A stretch of DNA of 64,000 bases from an uncultured delta proteobacterium (GTDB lineage Bacteria; Desulfobacterota; RBG-13-43-22): assembly GCA_963743305.1 (NCBI GenBank), contig CAVUPH010000024.1, positions 56,603-120,602 on the forward strand, read 5' to 3'. The position numbers and the translations under genes were made by a program. The stretch's first letter is position 1; every line of letters starts with the position of its first letter. Positions 1 to 10,500 of the stretch are shown here, in pieces. The notes below the pieces were generated by a model, which was not told where the DNA came from, did not search any database, and saw only the letters and a list, made by a program, of their open reading frames with translations.

Positions 1-2
1 CC

Positions 3-1256
3 CATCAGCTCATCCCTCCCCGGAAGGACGCCCGACCAAACCGCTTCCGCACCTGGAAATATCTTCTCCTGGGCTTTATTCTGCTGACCGCCTTGCTGGG
101 GCTGCCGCTGGTGGGTTACTTTGACCCCTTTTCCATCCTGGTGCGGAGTTTGACGGTCTCGGTGGATCCTTTTTTTAATCGGGTCATCACCGCCCCGTTC
201 GACTTCTTGTACCGTTACGGCCCCTCCTGGATTTCAGCCATCAGCGAACCGATTTACGGTGTGGTCAAAAAAACCCTTCTGCCTTATCAACAGAAAGTGT
301 TTACCCTTAGCCTGGTGTCCCTCCTCATTCTCCTCACGGTCTTTGGGCTGGAGCGTCTGGGGCGCCGTTTCTGGTGCCGCAATCTCTGCCCGCTGGGGGG
401 ACTGCTGGCGTTGCTTTCTCGGTTCTCCTGGCTGCGGGGACGCCACGATGAAACCGCCTGCACCCAGTGCGGTCTGTGCGCCAAAGTCTGCCGCCTCGGG
501 GCCGTCGATGCAGATCGCCGTATCTCCCCCGCGGACTGCAACCTCTGCCTGGATTGCCAGGACCTCTGCCCGGAGCAGATTATCGGCTTTACGTTTAAAA
601 AACCGGCCACCCCACAGCCGGCGCTCGGAATTTCCCGCCGGGCCTTCGCCGGAATGCTGGCTTCGGGTCTGGTGCTCCCGGCTTATTCCCAAATCGGGGC
701 CCAAAACAGACTGGTCAATCCGGAATTAATCAGACCACCGGGTTCCCTGGAGGAAAAACGATTCCTGGACCGCTGTGTGCGCTGCGGGGAGTGTCTGAAG
801 GTCTGCCCTTTGAACGCCTTGCACCCCATCGGTCTAGAATCCGGCTGGGGCGGTATCTTCACCCCCAGACTGATCCCCCGGATCGGCTACTGCGAGTTCA
901 ATTGCACCCTCTGCGGCCAGGTCTGCCCTACCGGGGCGATCGAGCATTTGGATCTCCCCCGAAAACAGAAGATCGTCATCGGTCTGGCCCATTTTGACAA
1001 AAACCGTTGTCTGCCTTATGCCCGCGGCGTCGCTTGTATCGTTTGCGAAGAGCATTGCCCCACACCGGACAAGGCCATCAAATTTAGGGAGGTCGAGGTA
1101 CTCGATCAAAACGGCCGACTGGTCCGGATGAAACAGCCCTACGTCATCGATCGCCTTTGTATCGGGTGCGGGATCTGCGAAAACAAATGCCCTCTGGAGG
1201 GGAAGGCGGCGGTCTTGGTGACCCGAGGTTCGACGGGGATGATGAATTATGGATAA
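3..1256 (+). CDS. 4Fe-4S polyferredoxin membrane protein (NapH/MauN-like part fused to NapG/MauM-like ferredoxin), 5' partial
   Basis: Frame is open from position 3. TM segments, RFWCRNLCPLG, multiple CxxCxxCxxxCP motifs, IRPPG...CVRCGEC. Confidence 0.85.
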   Translation, partial: HQLIPPRKDARPNRFRTWKYLLLGFILLTALLGLPLVGYFDPFSILVRSLTVSVDPFFNRVITAPFDFLYRYGPSWISAISEPIYGVVKKTLLPYQQKVFTLSLVSLLILLTVFGLERLGRRFWCRNLCPLGGLLALLSRFSWLRGRHDETACTQCGLCAKVCRLGAVDADRRISPADCNLCLDCQDLCPEQIIGFTFKKPATPQPALGISRRAFAGMLASGLVLPAYSQIGAQNRLVNPELIRPPGSLEEKRFLDRCVRCGECLKVCPLNALHPIGLESGWGGIFTPRLIPRIGYCEFNCTLCGQVCPTGAIEHLDLPRKQKIVIGLAHFDKNRCLPYARGVACIVCEEHCPTPDKAIKFREVEVLDQNGRLVRMKQPYVIDRLCIGCGICENKCPLEGKAAVLVTRGSTGMMNYG

Positions 1257-1261
1257 GTGGT

Positions 1262-2357
1262 TTATTGTTTTTTCTTGGTTTTAGACCACAAAAAGGCTTC
1301 AATAAAGGGATCAATATTTCCGTTTAAGACACTGTCCACATTTCCTATTTCCAATTGAGTTCGGTGATCTTTCACCAGTCGGTAAGGGGCTAAGGTGTAT
1401 GAACGGATTTGGCTCCCCCAAGATATCTCCGACTGCCCTTCGTGGAGTTCCCGCTTTTTTTCTTCTTTTTTCTGCAACTCCAATTCGTACAGGCGTGATT
1501 TCAGCACTTTAAAGGCCATATCCTTGTTCCGGTGCTGAGACTTTTCGTTTTGACATTGGACGACGATCCCAGTGGGAAAATGGGTCAGCCGAATAGCCGA
1601 ACTGGTTTTATTGACGTGCTGGCCGCCGGCGCCGCTGGCCCGAAAAGTATCCACCCGCACATCCGCTTCGTTGACTTCGATATCGAGGTCCTCTTCCACT
1701 TCCGGATAAACAAAAACGGAGGCAAAGGAGGTGTGCCGCCGTCCTCCGGCATCGAAGGGAGAGATTCGGACCAGACGGTGAATCCCGGTTTCAGAGTGAA
1801 GATACCCGTAGGCGTATTTCCCTTCCACGGTAAAGGTCACGCTTTTGGTGCCGGCCTCATCCCCGGGAAGCATATCGATCACTTCGGTCTTGTAATTCCG
1901 CGTTTCCGCCCAGCGCAGATACATGCGTAAAAGCATTTCGGCCCAATCCTGGGCCTCGGTACCGCCGGCCCCGGCATGAATGGCCACAATGGCATTGTTG
2001 CTGTCGGTTTCCCCGGAAAGAAGCTTGGTAAACTCCATTTGCGAAAGCTTTTTTTGGAGGGCCCCCAGCTTCTCCCGGACCTCGGCGAGCGTCTCGTTAT
2101 CCGCCTCTTCCTGGGCCAGATCAAGGAGGATCTCCGTTTCCTCCAATTGGTCCCGGGTCTCCTCCCATTCGCCGAGGGCGTTGAGGATTTTCCCCCGCTC
2201 CTTCAATAAAACCCGGGCTTGATCGGGCTGGTTCCAGAATTGGTCTTGGGCGATCGCCTTTTCTAAGACTTGTAAACGGGCCTGTTTCCCTTCCAGGTCA
2301 AAGATATTCTCCCAATTTAAATAATCGGTCTCTGGCCTGATCGATTTCTTCGCGCAT
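1262..2357 (-). CDS. prfB: Peptide chain release factor 2, expressed via programmed +1 frameshift
   Basis: GGQ (GAGGQHVN) and SPF motifs. ATG at 2357 gives 19 codons ending CTT-TGA-C; the +1 frame joins ORF 1262..2206. Confidence 0.97.
2297..2313 (-). promoter_or_regulatory. RF2 autoregulatory +1 frameshift cassette
   Basis: Minus strand reads GGGAG-AATAT-CTT-TGA-C: internal SD followed by the slippery CTTTGAC. Confidence 0.95.
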
Positions 2358-2362
2358 ATTCT

Positions 2363-3976
2363 TTATCTCCTTTTTTTTATTCTACTTTTACGAATGATCC
2401 ACCCTTTGCCGAGCAATCCGCTGATGACCACCAAAAAACAAATTCCCACCAGCCAATCACCGTAGCGGCTATAAAATGTGCTTCCTTCCCTCAAAGGTAT
2501 TATAGCCTGAATGGTGGCTTTTTCAAAGAGGGAACTTTTCCGAACTATTCGGCCGGAGGAATCGATCAGGGCACTGAAACCGGTATTGGCCGCACGGGCG
2601 ATCCAGACCCTGTTTTCCACCGCCCGTAAAGTTAACATGGAAAGGTGCTGGTAGGGGGCTGAAGTCTGCCCGAACCAGGCGTCATTGGTGATATTTACTA
2701 ATAGACGGCAACCGTCCTGTCTTAAAGCCCGACTGAGTTCGGGAAAGATGCTTTCGAAGCAAACCAAGACCCCGATTTTCCCCTGGGGAAGGTTGAGCCC
2801 ATAAGGCCGGGGACCGGCACTGAAATCACCAATCGATTCCACCATCCGGCTGACAAAAGGCAGGAACCGTTTCAGGGGAACGTATTCGCCGAAGGGCACT
2901 AAATGAACCTTATCATAATAGGCCACTTGACCGGACGGGGAGAGCAGGTAAGCCCGATTATAATATTGAAGACGATTGTTTTGTTGGCCCACGGCCGGGC
3001 TTCCAAAAAGCAAATAGGCATTGCTTTCACGACTCAACTCAAAAAGTCTTCCGGTAAGCCGTTGCTCATTGAGAAAGTAAAACGGGACAGCGGTTTCCGG
3101 CCAGATCAACAAAGGGCTGGTTTTACCTAAGAGGGCTTTTGTTTCTATTTTGGAGAGCGCCGAAAGGGATTCATTAGATAAATCGGTATAAATATTAATA
3201 GTTTTCTCTTGATAAGCAGGATCCCACTTTAATGATTGATCTATATTCCCCTGAATAATAGAGACCTCTAACTTTTCGGAGTGGTCATCAGCCTTCCGCT
3301 CTGCAGGCAAAGCAGCGTAACCATAGGCAATAACCAGGAGCATCAGACCTCCGGCCAGCACCGCTTCGCCCCATTTAGCGGACCACGGACGATAGTCGCC
3401 GGACTTTAGAAAAATATTGTAAAGGGCTTGATTTATTATGATAATTAAAAATGAAAGTCCATAAACTCCGGTGAATTCAACGATCTGAATCAGGGGAAGC
3501 ACGTTATACTGACTGTAACCGATCAAAGCCCAGGGAAACCCGGAGAGCAGGACGGCTCGCAGATACTCTAATCCGACCCACAGGGACGGGGCCCAGATCA
3601 GGGAGAAAAGCCCGCCAGCCGGGAATAAACCCCAAAGAAACCCGAAGACTGCTGGAAACAGGGCCAAATACAGGGCTAAAAGGACCAGCATGGAGATACT
3701 GATCGGGGCACTGAGGTGGCCGTAATAGCGCATGGAGTGGGTGACCCAGTAAAAAACACCCAGGGAATAAATAAACCCCATGGTGTAGCCAAGGGACAGG
3801 CGCTTCCGGGCGGGTTGACCTTCAAGGGACTTGAATAAGGGAATAAAAGCGATCCAGGCCAGTAACGACCAGGACGTTTTGGGAAATGAAAGGGTGAGTA
3901 AGGCGGCGCTTAAAAGAAGATAGCCAAGTTGTTGTCCTCTTTTATGGGAGAAAAGCGACTCCACCGTCGGCGACAT
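2363..3976 (-). CDS. lnt: Apolipoprotein N-acyltransferase
   Basis: TM N-terminus, QGNI, WPETA, YDKVHLVPFGEYVP, CFES, NITNDAWFG, RAANTG. Directly upstream of prfB. Confidence 0.95.
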   Translation of the reverse strand: MSPTVESLFSHKRGQQLGYLLLSAALLTLSFPKTSWSLLAWIAFIPLFKSLEGQPARKRLSLGYTMGFIYSLGVFYWVTHSMRYYGHLSAPISISMLVLLALYLALFPAVFGFLWGLFPAGGLFSLIWAPSLWVGLEYLRAVLLSGFPWALIGYSQYNVLPLIQIVEFTGVYGLSFLIIIINQALYNIFLKSGDYRPWSAKWGEAVLAGGLMLLVIAYGYAALPAERKADDHSEKLEVSIIQGNIDQSLKWDPAYQEKTINIYTDLSNESLSALSKIETKALLGKTSPLLIWPETAVPFYFLNEQRLTGRLFELSRESNAYLLFGSPAVGQQNNRLQYYNRAYLLSPSGQVAYYDKVHLVPFGEYVPLKRFLPFVSRMVESIGDFSAGPRPYGLNLPQGKIGVLVCFESIFPELSRALRQDGCRLLVNITNDAWFGQTSAPYQHLSMLTLRAVENRVWIARAANTGFSALIDSSGRIVRKSSLFEKATIQAIIPLREGSTFYSRYGDWLVGICFLVVISGLLGKGWIIRKSRIKKRR

Positions 3977-4003
3977 GGATTGGTTGGGGGGATAGAAAAG
4001 GGC

Positions 4004-4603
4004 TTAACTGAAATGGTTTAATTTATAATAAGTCTGGTAGCGCAGCACTTTGGAAAGATATTTTTTCGTGTCTTTAAAGGGCGGGACACCATTGTGGCGT
4101 AGGACCTGATTCGGGCCCGCATTATAGGCCGCTATAGCCAGATGTTTGTCTCCATTAAAAGCATCCAACATTTCCCGCAGGTAGCGAACCCCTCCATAGA
4201 TATTGTACTTGGGATTGAAGGGGTCGGTGATTCCCAATTCTTCTACCGTGATGGGATCAATCTGCATCAATCCCTTAGCACCTTTCGGAGAAACGGCCAA
4301 AGGGTCAAACCGGGATTCGGCATGAATTACTGCTTTTACCAGGGCTGGATCCAGGGCATACTTTTGGGATGCGCTCCGAATCCAATGATCGTAGGTGTTA
4401 ACCGAGGCTGATCGCTCTTCGAGGGTCAGGTGATATAAACGAGCGTCTGGAATTGGAGTCTGTTCCGCGAGGGCAATTTTTTCGCTGAAAAACTCCTGCG
4501 ATACCCCCTCTTTCTCGGGAAAAAGGATAAAGAATCCATTCAATCCCAGAATCAACCCTGCCACCCCTATATGAGCTATTTTTTGAATAATCTGTTTGGT
4601 CAT
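4004..4603 (-). CDS. Lytic transglycosylase (SLT domain)
   Basis: AVIHAES, GAKGLMQI, AAYNAGP motifs. Start chosen at ATG 4603, before a hydrophobic segment. Confidence 0.9.
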   Translation of the reverse strand: MTKQIIQKIAHIGVAGLILGLNGFFILFPEKEGVSQEFFSEKIALAEQTPIPDARLYHLTLEERSASVNTYDHWIRSASQKYALDPALVKAVIHAESRFDPLAVSPKGAKGLMQIDPITVEELGITDPFNPKYNIYGGVRYLREMLDAFNGDKHLAIAAYNAGPNQVLRHNGVPPFKDTKKYLSKVLRYQTYYKLNHFS

Positions 4604-5290
4604 AATCACAACCCGCCTTATTGCCGAAAACCCATTGCTTAAGTTTTCCCCGGTCGAATCGGTTGAGCGTTCGTACGAGTAACTATCTTGAACCAAGTTA
4701 TCAAGATGAGTAAGCAATAAAAAATAAAGCTCAACCTGTTCGGCATTTTTTACCCGGATGTTATTTTTTATGGAATAGGGTAGATAATAAGGATTTCCAG
4801 GATGAATGTCAATGACTAAGTTCGGAGTTAGTCGGCCTCAACCGCTCGACTGGCCTGATTAACAATCAGAATCAGCGACCTTTAGAAAAAAAATAGGTAT
4901 TAGTTTACAAATTAAAACTTATTGTTATTGTATAATTTTTTATAAATAACTTTATATTAATTCGAGAATGGAATTCCAACCTCCCAAGGGTCCAGACCGA
5001 CTCGTTCTTCAGAACAGGGTCGATCACTGCTTAAATGCTATTTTCTCGAAATGCCTTTCAGCCCATGACACCGAAAGAATTACACATCCCGAGCTCCGCA
5101 AGTCTTCGGGCTCCTACTCGATGTTCCGGTCCTGGTTATTCAAAGTGTTGCGATTTCATTACTATTTGGTTAGACTAAAAACCACTACTCGGGTTAAATT
5201 TATTGTGCGGATTATTCTTTAAAAAATTATTGAACGGGCTATTTAACCATTTATTTTCAGGCGAGTCTAATTAGTTGAAAAATTTGATTT

Positions 5291-5836
5291 ATGACGGATG
5301 ACCAATTAATCCACCGGATTCGGGACGGGGATATCGGGGCCTTTGAGCAACTGGTCATCCGTTATCAGAAACCGATATATTCCTTTGTGTTGAGGATGCT
5401 GAAAAATCCCATGGACGCGGAGGATACCGTTCAGAAAGTATTTCTGCTGGCCTTTCAAAACTTGAAAGGATTTCGTTTTGAATCCAGCTTTAAAACTTGG
5501 CTTTTTCGCATTAGCATCAACCAATGCCATAATCATTTCCGGCAACAGAAAAAGAGAGAATTCACTCCTTTGGAGGAAATACCCCTAGCCGACCCCCAAA
5601 ATAGTCAGGAGGATGAATTTTCACGAAGGGAATTAAGGGGACAGGCCCAAAAGGCCATTGAAAGGCTTCCCCCCAAACAAAAAATGGTACTATTATTACG
5701 GGTAGACCAGGACCTTTCCTTTGAAGAAATCGGAAAGGCCCTTAATATGAGAGCCAATTCGGCCAAGGTTAATTTTCACTATGCCCTGGAAAAAGTGAAG
5801 GACTGGATCAAGACCCACCATGAAAACCAAAGGTAG
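5291..5836 (+). CDS. ECF sigma-70 factor
   Basis: DAED, FKTWLFRI region 2 and a region 4 HTH. Confidence 0.92.
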   Translation: MTDDQLIHRIRDGDIGAFEQLVIRYQKPIYSFVLRMLKNPMDAEDTVQKVFLLAFQNLKGFRFESSFKTWLFRISINQCHNHFRQQKKREFTPLEEIPLADPQNSQEDEFSRRELRGQAQKAIERLPPKQKMVLLLRVDQDLSFEEIGKALNMRANSAKVNFHYALEKVKDWIKTHHENQR

Positions 5837-6500
5837 CTGCGCGAAAATCAGGATACGGCTGGGGGATTATGCCGGTCAACCGCTGACCGGCACCGGAGCC
5901 GAACGGGTCCGGGATCATCTTTCCCGTTGTCCGGATTGTCAAAGTTTTCACGAAGAAAACACCAAGATCATAGACGCCCTTCGAGAGGAAACCCCGCCCG
6001 ACCCCGGGTCGGAGTTCTGGAGCCGGATGACCTCCGGGATCATGGCCGAGGTACGTCATCTGGAAGGCCGGCCTCTGCCGTGGTACCGGAGACCCTGGTC
6101 CAACCCTTGGGCCTGGCCGGTGTACGCTTGGTCTCCGGCCCTGATTCTCCTGATCTTCATCGCCGGCTTCTATTATTATGCTTCTTTTTCCAAACCCATT
6201 TTATTAGTAAAAAACGGGTTACCCGCGGCCGAATCACGACTTGAGGATATCGGCGATTCCCTGGCGGACCCGCTCCTGACCCTGACCCCTCAGGAATCAA
6301 CCCGCCTGGGAAAAAGGATGGAGCGCCGATTGGCCCGCGAACTGTATGCCAAAAATGTTGAAGCGGAGGAAGCCGTGTTAGACTGGGATTTGTCCAACCG
6401 CCTGGAAACGTTATCCATCAAAGACCTAAATGAAGTAGCGGAAAAATTGCGGACCGGCACCCCTGCCGGGGCCAAGGAGGTCACGGAAAATGTGTCGTAA
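5820..6500 (+). CDS. Zinc-finger (ZAS) membrane anti-sigma factor
   Basis: HLSRCPDC (HxxxCxxC), single TM helix, overlaps the sigma gene end. Confidence 0.85.
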   Translation: MKTKGSCAKIRIRLGDYAGQPLTGTGAERVRDHLSRCPDCQSFHEENTKIIDALREETPPDPGSEFWSRMTSGIMAEVRHLEGRPLPWYRRPWSNPWAWPVYAWSPALILLIFIAGFYYYASFSKPILLVKNGLPAAESRLEDIGDSLADPLLTLTPQESTRLGKRMERRLARELYAKNVEAEEAVLDWDLSNRLETLSIKDLNEVAEKLRTGTPAGAKEVTENVS

Positions 6501-7023
6501 GTTACTACTAGGGACTTTGATCGGATGTCTGGCTTTCGGCACGGGCTCCCTCACGGCCCAAACCTACCGAGAACCCCTGGATCAACGGGAAAAATCACGG
6601 GAGCGGATTCAGATGGTCCGCATGTTGAAATTGACCCAGACCTTAAAGTTGGACCGGGAGTCGGCCGGCCGCTTTTTCGCTGTGGGCGCCCAATACGAGC
6701 AGACCAAACGGCATATCAGGCATGATCTTCAGGAGGATATTCAGCGCCTGCGGAACCTCACCCGAGATCTTAACGCTCCGGAAAAAGAACTGCGGGAGAC
6801 AGTCCTGCGGATCAAGAACCGAAAAAAGGATTTAAACGACCTGAATAATAGACAGATCGAAGAAGAATTGAGCCTCCTCCGGCCGGATCAACAGGCCCGC
6901 TACATCCTCTTTACGATTGACTTCCATAGGGAGATGGAAGGCATTCTTCGAGAAATCCGGGAAGAACGGCCGATGGAAAAGAGGCCAGAGCATGGACCCC
7001 GCCCTCCGCTGGAAGGGTCATAA
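6490..7023 (+). CDS. Exported helical protein, Spy/CpxP-like
   Basis: Signal peptide, charged helices, LRPDQQ motif; third gene of the ECF triad. Confidence 0.6.
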   Translation: MCRKLLLGTLIGCLAFGTGSLTAQTYREPLDQREKSRERIQMVRMLKLTQTLKLDRESAGRFFAVGAQYEQTKRHIRHDLQEDIQRLRNLTRDLNAPEKELRETVLRIKNRKKDLNDLNNRQIEEELSLLRPDQQARYILFTIDFHREMEGILREIREERPMEKRPEHGPRPPLEGS

Positions 7024-7050
7024 GGAAAGAAACCGCTAATTTAATTCCTC

Positions 7051-7795
7051 ATGAAACTGAAAGACAAAGTAATCCTGGTTACCGGTGCCGGCCAGGGGAT
7101 CGGCCGGGCCATCGCGGTGTTGTCCGCCCGTGAAGGCGCCCGAGTCGCCCTGGTCGACCGTAATGAAACCGCTGCCCGGGAAACCCTGGATCAAATAAAT
7201 TCACTCGGGAGCGAGGGGCTTTTAATCCTCAGGGATATAACTTTGGATCAGGCCGTTCCGGAAATCATCGAACAGGTCCGGGCCCGTTGGACTCGTCTCG
7301 ATATTTTAGTCAACAATGCTGGGTTTGACCGGCCCGCCGGCATCTTTAAGATCAAAGATCCGGAATGGGACGCCGTCCTGGGGGTCCACCTCAAAGCGGC
7401 CATGGCCTTTATGCGGGCCGCCATGCCGGTTATGAAAGACACAGGGCTACGGCCGGATCGTCAACCTCTCCTCCATCTACGGCAAAACCGGGGGTCAGGG
7501 AGAGATCGCCTACGCCACCGCCAAGGCCGGTATCATCGGCCTGACCAAGAGCGTGGCCAAAGAAGTGGGCAAGTTCGGGGTCTGCGTCAATGCCGTCCTC
7601 CCCGGCCTGACCGCCACCCCCGCCATCCAGACCATGATGGCTGAAAAATTCAAAGAAAAAATCCTCTCTCAAACCCCTTTGGGTCGCATGGCCCAACCCG
7701 AAGAAATCGCCCAAGCGGTGATCTTTCTGGCCTCCGACGAAGCCAGCTATATTACCGGCGCCTGTCTGGAGGTCTCCGGCGGCTGGGAGATGTAG
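7051..7795 (+). CDS. SDR-family oxidoreductase (FabG-like), split by one indel near 7440
   Basis: TGAGQGIG, NNAG; the shifted frame gives GYGRIVNLSS..YATAKAG and continues into ORF 7553..7795. Confidence 0.85.
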
Positions 7796-8044
7796 CATCC
7801 CTTGCCAAGTAGCATCATCTGTCCCTGTAAGCCTCCATATTCGTACATCTTTCCGACTTCGCTGCCAAGATCACTCAGTGGCTCTATACGAAATTTGGGG
7901 CATTGAATCCTCACTTCCTACCCCGTTGCCAATCCCCCAAGAGAGATAGGCGTGTACGAGTACATGTCGCCCTAAGATAAGCATTGACTTTTTCTTTCTC
8001 CCTTTTAGGCTACAAACTAGCGCTAAAGAAAAGGAGGAAGGTTA

Positions 8045-9320
8045 ATGAAAGGTATTTCAAAACTTTTGGGATCGTTCGGATTGTTTTTGGTTCTCTTAAC
8101 CTTTTCTGCATTTACGGTACAGGCCGCGGATCCGATCATTATCGGGGTACCCACCTCCCTTGGTTTTCTGGAGGGGGCGGAAGGGCTCAACAGCGTGCAA
8201 ATGGCGGTGGAGGAAATCAATGCCAAGGGCGGGGTAGCGATCAAAGGCGAAAAGCACCTGCTGAAGGTCGAGGCCATCGATATCCGTGATGCGGCGCCCG
8301 GGGTGCCGGTTCCGGAAGCCCTCCTGGGAATCGAGAAACTCATTCTGGAGAAGAAAATCAAGGCCATCGTGCTGGCCCCTTTTCGCTCGGAGGCCTTATT
8401 GGCCAGTATGGATTTAATCTCCAAATACAAGATCCCCATGCTGGCGACGACCGCCATGTCTCCGGCCTACACCAAGAAGGTTTTGGAAGATTATAACAAA
8501 TATAAATATTGTTTTCGGGTTTGTCTGGATGCCGGGTACCTGGTCGGCTATTTGAAAGGGTCCATGGAATCCATCCACAAGGAGTATGGTTTCAAGAAAG
8601 TGTATCTGATGCACCAGGATGTGGCCTGGGCGCGGGGAACGGCCAACGCCATGGCCGGCATATTAAAAGGGGCCGGCTGGGAAGTGCTGGGGGTGGAATC
8701 CTATCCCACCGGGGCCGGCGATTTTTCCGCCGGTTTGATGAAAGCCCGACAGGCCGGTGCCCAGGTCATCCTGCCGATCTTCGATATGCCCCAAAGCGGC
8801 ATTCTGGTTAAACAGTGGAACAGCATGAAGGTTCCGGCCCTGATGCTCGGTTTTATTTCGCCTCTGGCCGGCCCGGCCGCCTGGAAAAGTTTTGACGGTA
8901 AGATCGACGGGGCCATGAACCTGATTTTTGAAATCGGCAATATTCCGGTTAAAAAAGTACCCAAATCGGTTGTCTTCTATGACGCCTACAAAAAGAAATA
9001 CAACAAGGAGATCGAAGCCGGACACTGCCCGGCGCCGGCCTACGAATCCGTCTATATCCTGGCCGAAGCCCTGGAACGGGCCGGCACGATCGAACCGGAT
9101 GCCGTAGTCAGCGCCCTGGAGAAGACCGATCGTCAGGGGGCTATCGGCCGGATCCGGTTCGCCAAGAACCACCAGGTCGTCTATGGAAACGACCCCAAGG
9201 AGACGGCCCTGGCGGCCATGATCCAGTGGTCCAAAACCGGGACCCGGGAAATCGTCTTTCCTGAAAGCTATTGCCGACGCCAAGATCCACTTGCCGGAAG
9301 GGCTGAAATCGGCGAAGTAA
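8045..9320 (+). CDS. Liv-type ABC transporter substrate-binding protein (indel near 9265)
   Basis: Signal peptide, AVEEINAKGG, periplasmic binding fold. Corrected C-terminus reads EAIADAKIHLPEGLKSAK-stop at 9320. Confidence 0.88.
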
Positions 9321-9337
9321 CGGGCGAAAAAAAGAAC

Positions 9338-9450
9338 TGGAAGAATGGAATATTGGAATAATGGAAAAGGGCCCGCAGAGTCGAACATCCCCACTATGCT
9401 CCGTCTCCCTTCTTTTCATTATTCCATTATTCCACCATTCCAATATTTCC
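9338..9450. repeat. Inverted octamer-array palindrome, (TGGAATNN)n ... (NNATTCCA)n, copy 1
   Basis: tggaagaatggaatattggaataatgg ... cattattccattattccaccattccaata. Confidence 0.8.
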
Positions 9451-9502
9451 ATCCCGAATCCGCCTTTCTTTCCGGTACGGTAATTCCTGACCGGTTCAGC
9501 TC

Positions 9503-10375
9503 ATGATTCTCGGCACGCTGATCTATGGCTTCATCAACAGCGTCATCCTGGCCCTGGTGGCCCTGGGTTTCAATTTGACCTTCGGCATCAGCGGGGTGGC
9601 CAATTTCGCTTACGGGGCCTTTTACATTTTTGCCGGCTACGGGGCCTGGATACTAATGAACACCCTGAAATTTCCCTATGCCCTGGCGATCCTCGGGGCG
9701 CTGATACTGACCATGGTCCTCGGGGCGCTCATGTATCGGCTGGTCCTGCTTCGAATCCGGGGCCTGGTCATTTCCGAAGTAATCGCCACCTTCGGAATCG
9801 GTTTGGCCATCCTGGAGATCTTCCGCTACCTGGGGTTTATCGGTTTTGAATACAACCTCCCGGTCTTCATCGACGGCAGCCTGGAAATCCGCGGCGTTTT
9901 TGTGGATTATCAACGGCTCTTCATCGTCGGTCTGGGCTGCGCCATCGCCCTGTTCCTCTGGCTGTTTACCCACTACACCAAAATCGGTCTGGCCTTCCGG
10001 GGCATCGCCCAGGAAGAGCGGACGGCCCTGTCTCTGGGCATCAACTCCGATTGGGTGGCCACCTTGAGCGTGGCCTTCGGGGCCGGGTTGGCCGCCCTGG
10101 CGGCGATTCTGATCCTGCCCCTGGGGACCATTTCCGTGGAGGGGGGCTATGATATCCTGATCAATGCCCTGGCGGTCTGCATTGTGGGCGGACTGGGCAG
10201 CACCCTGGGGGTGGTCGTGGCCAGTTTTCTGATCGGCTACGCGCAGATGATCACCTCCACCTACCTGGAACCCCACTGGACCATGATCGTCAGCCTGGTG
10301 GCCATCCTGGCTATTCTGGCCCTTAAGCCTTCGGGCCTTTTCGGCAGCCAGAAGGAACTGGAAGAAAGGATCTAA
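9503..10375 (+). CDS. Branched-chain amino acid ABC permease (LivH-like)
   Basis: LVALGFNLTFGISGVANFAYG, GGLGS, KPSGLFG. Confidence 0.9.
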   Translation: MILGTLIYGFINSVILALVALGFNLTFGISGVANFAYGAFYIFAGYGAWILMNTLKFPYALAILGALILTMVLGALMYRLVLLRIRGLVISEVIATFGIGLAILEIFRYLGFIGFEYNLPVFIDGSLEIRGVFVDYQRLFIVGLGCAIALFLWLFTHYTKIGLAFRGIAQEERTALSLGINSDWVATLSVAFGAGLAALAAILILPLGTISVEGGYDILINALAVCIVGGLGSTLGVVVASFLIGYAQMITSTYLEPHWTMIVSLVAILAILALKPSGLFGSQKELEERI

Positions 10376-10384
10376 AACGAGCGG

Positions 10385-10483
10385 AAGGATGGAATGTTGG
10401 AATAATGGAATGATGGCGTACGGAAGCCGGTGTGGTTGCCTCTCTTCTCCATTATTCCATTATTCCAGTATTCCACTATTCCC
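10385..10483. repeat. Inverted octamer-array palindrome, copy 2
   Basis: ggatggaatgttggaataatggaatgatgg ... ccattattccattattccagtattccactattccc. Confidence 0.8.
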
Positions 10484-10500
10484 AGCTTTTAAAAAGCCCT

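Noticed and set aside
4620-5290. Long intergenic region and 84-aa ORF 4968..5222 as riboswitch or gene
   Set aside because: No riboswitch consensus or protein motif recognised; likely divergent promoter region.
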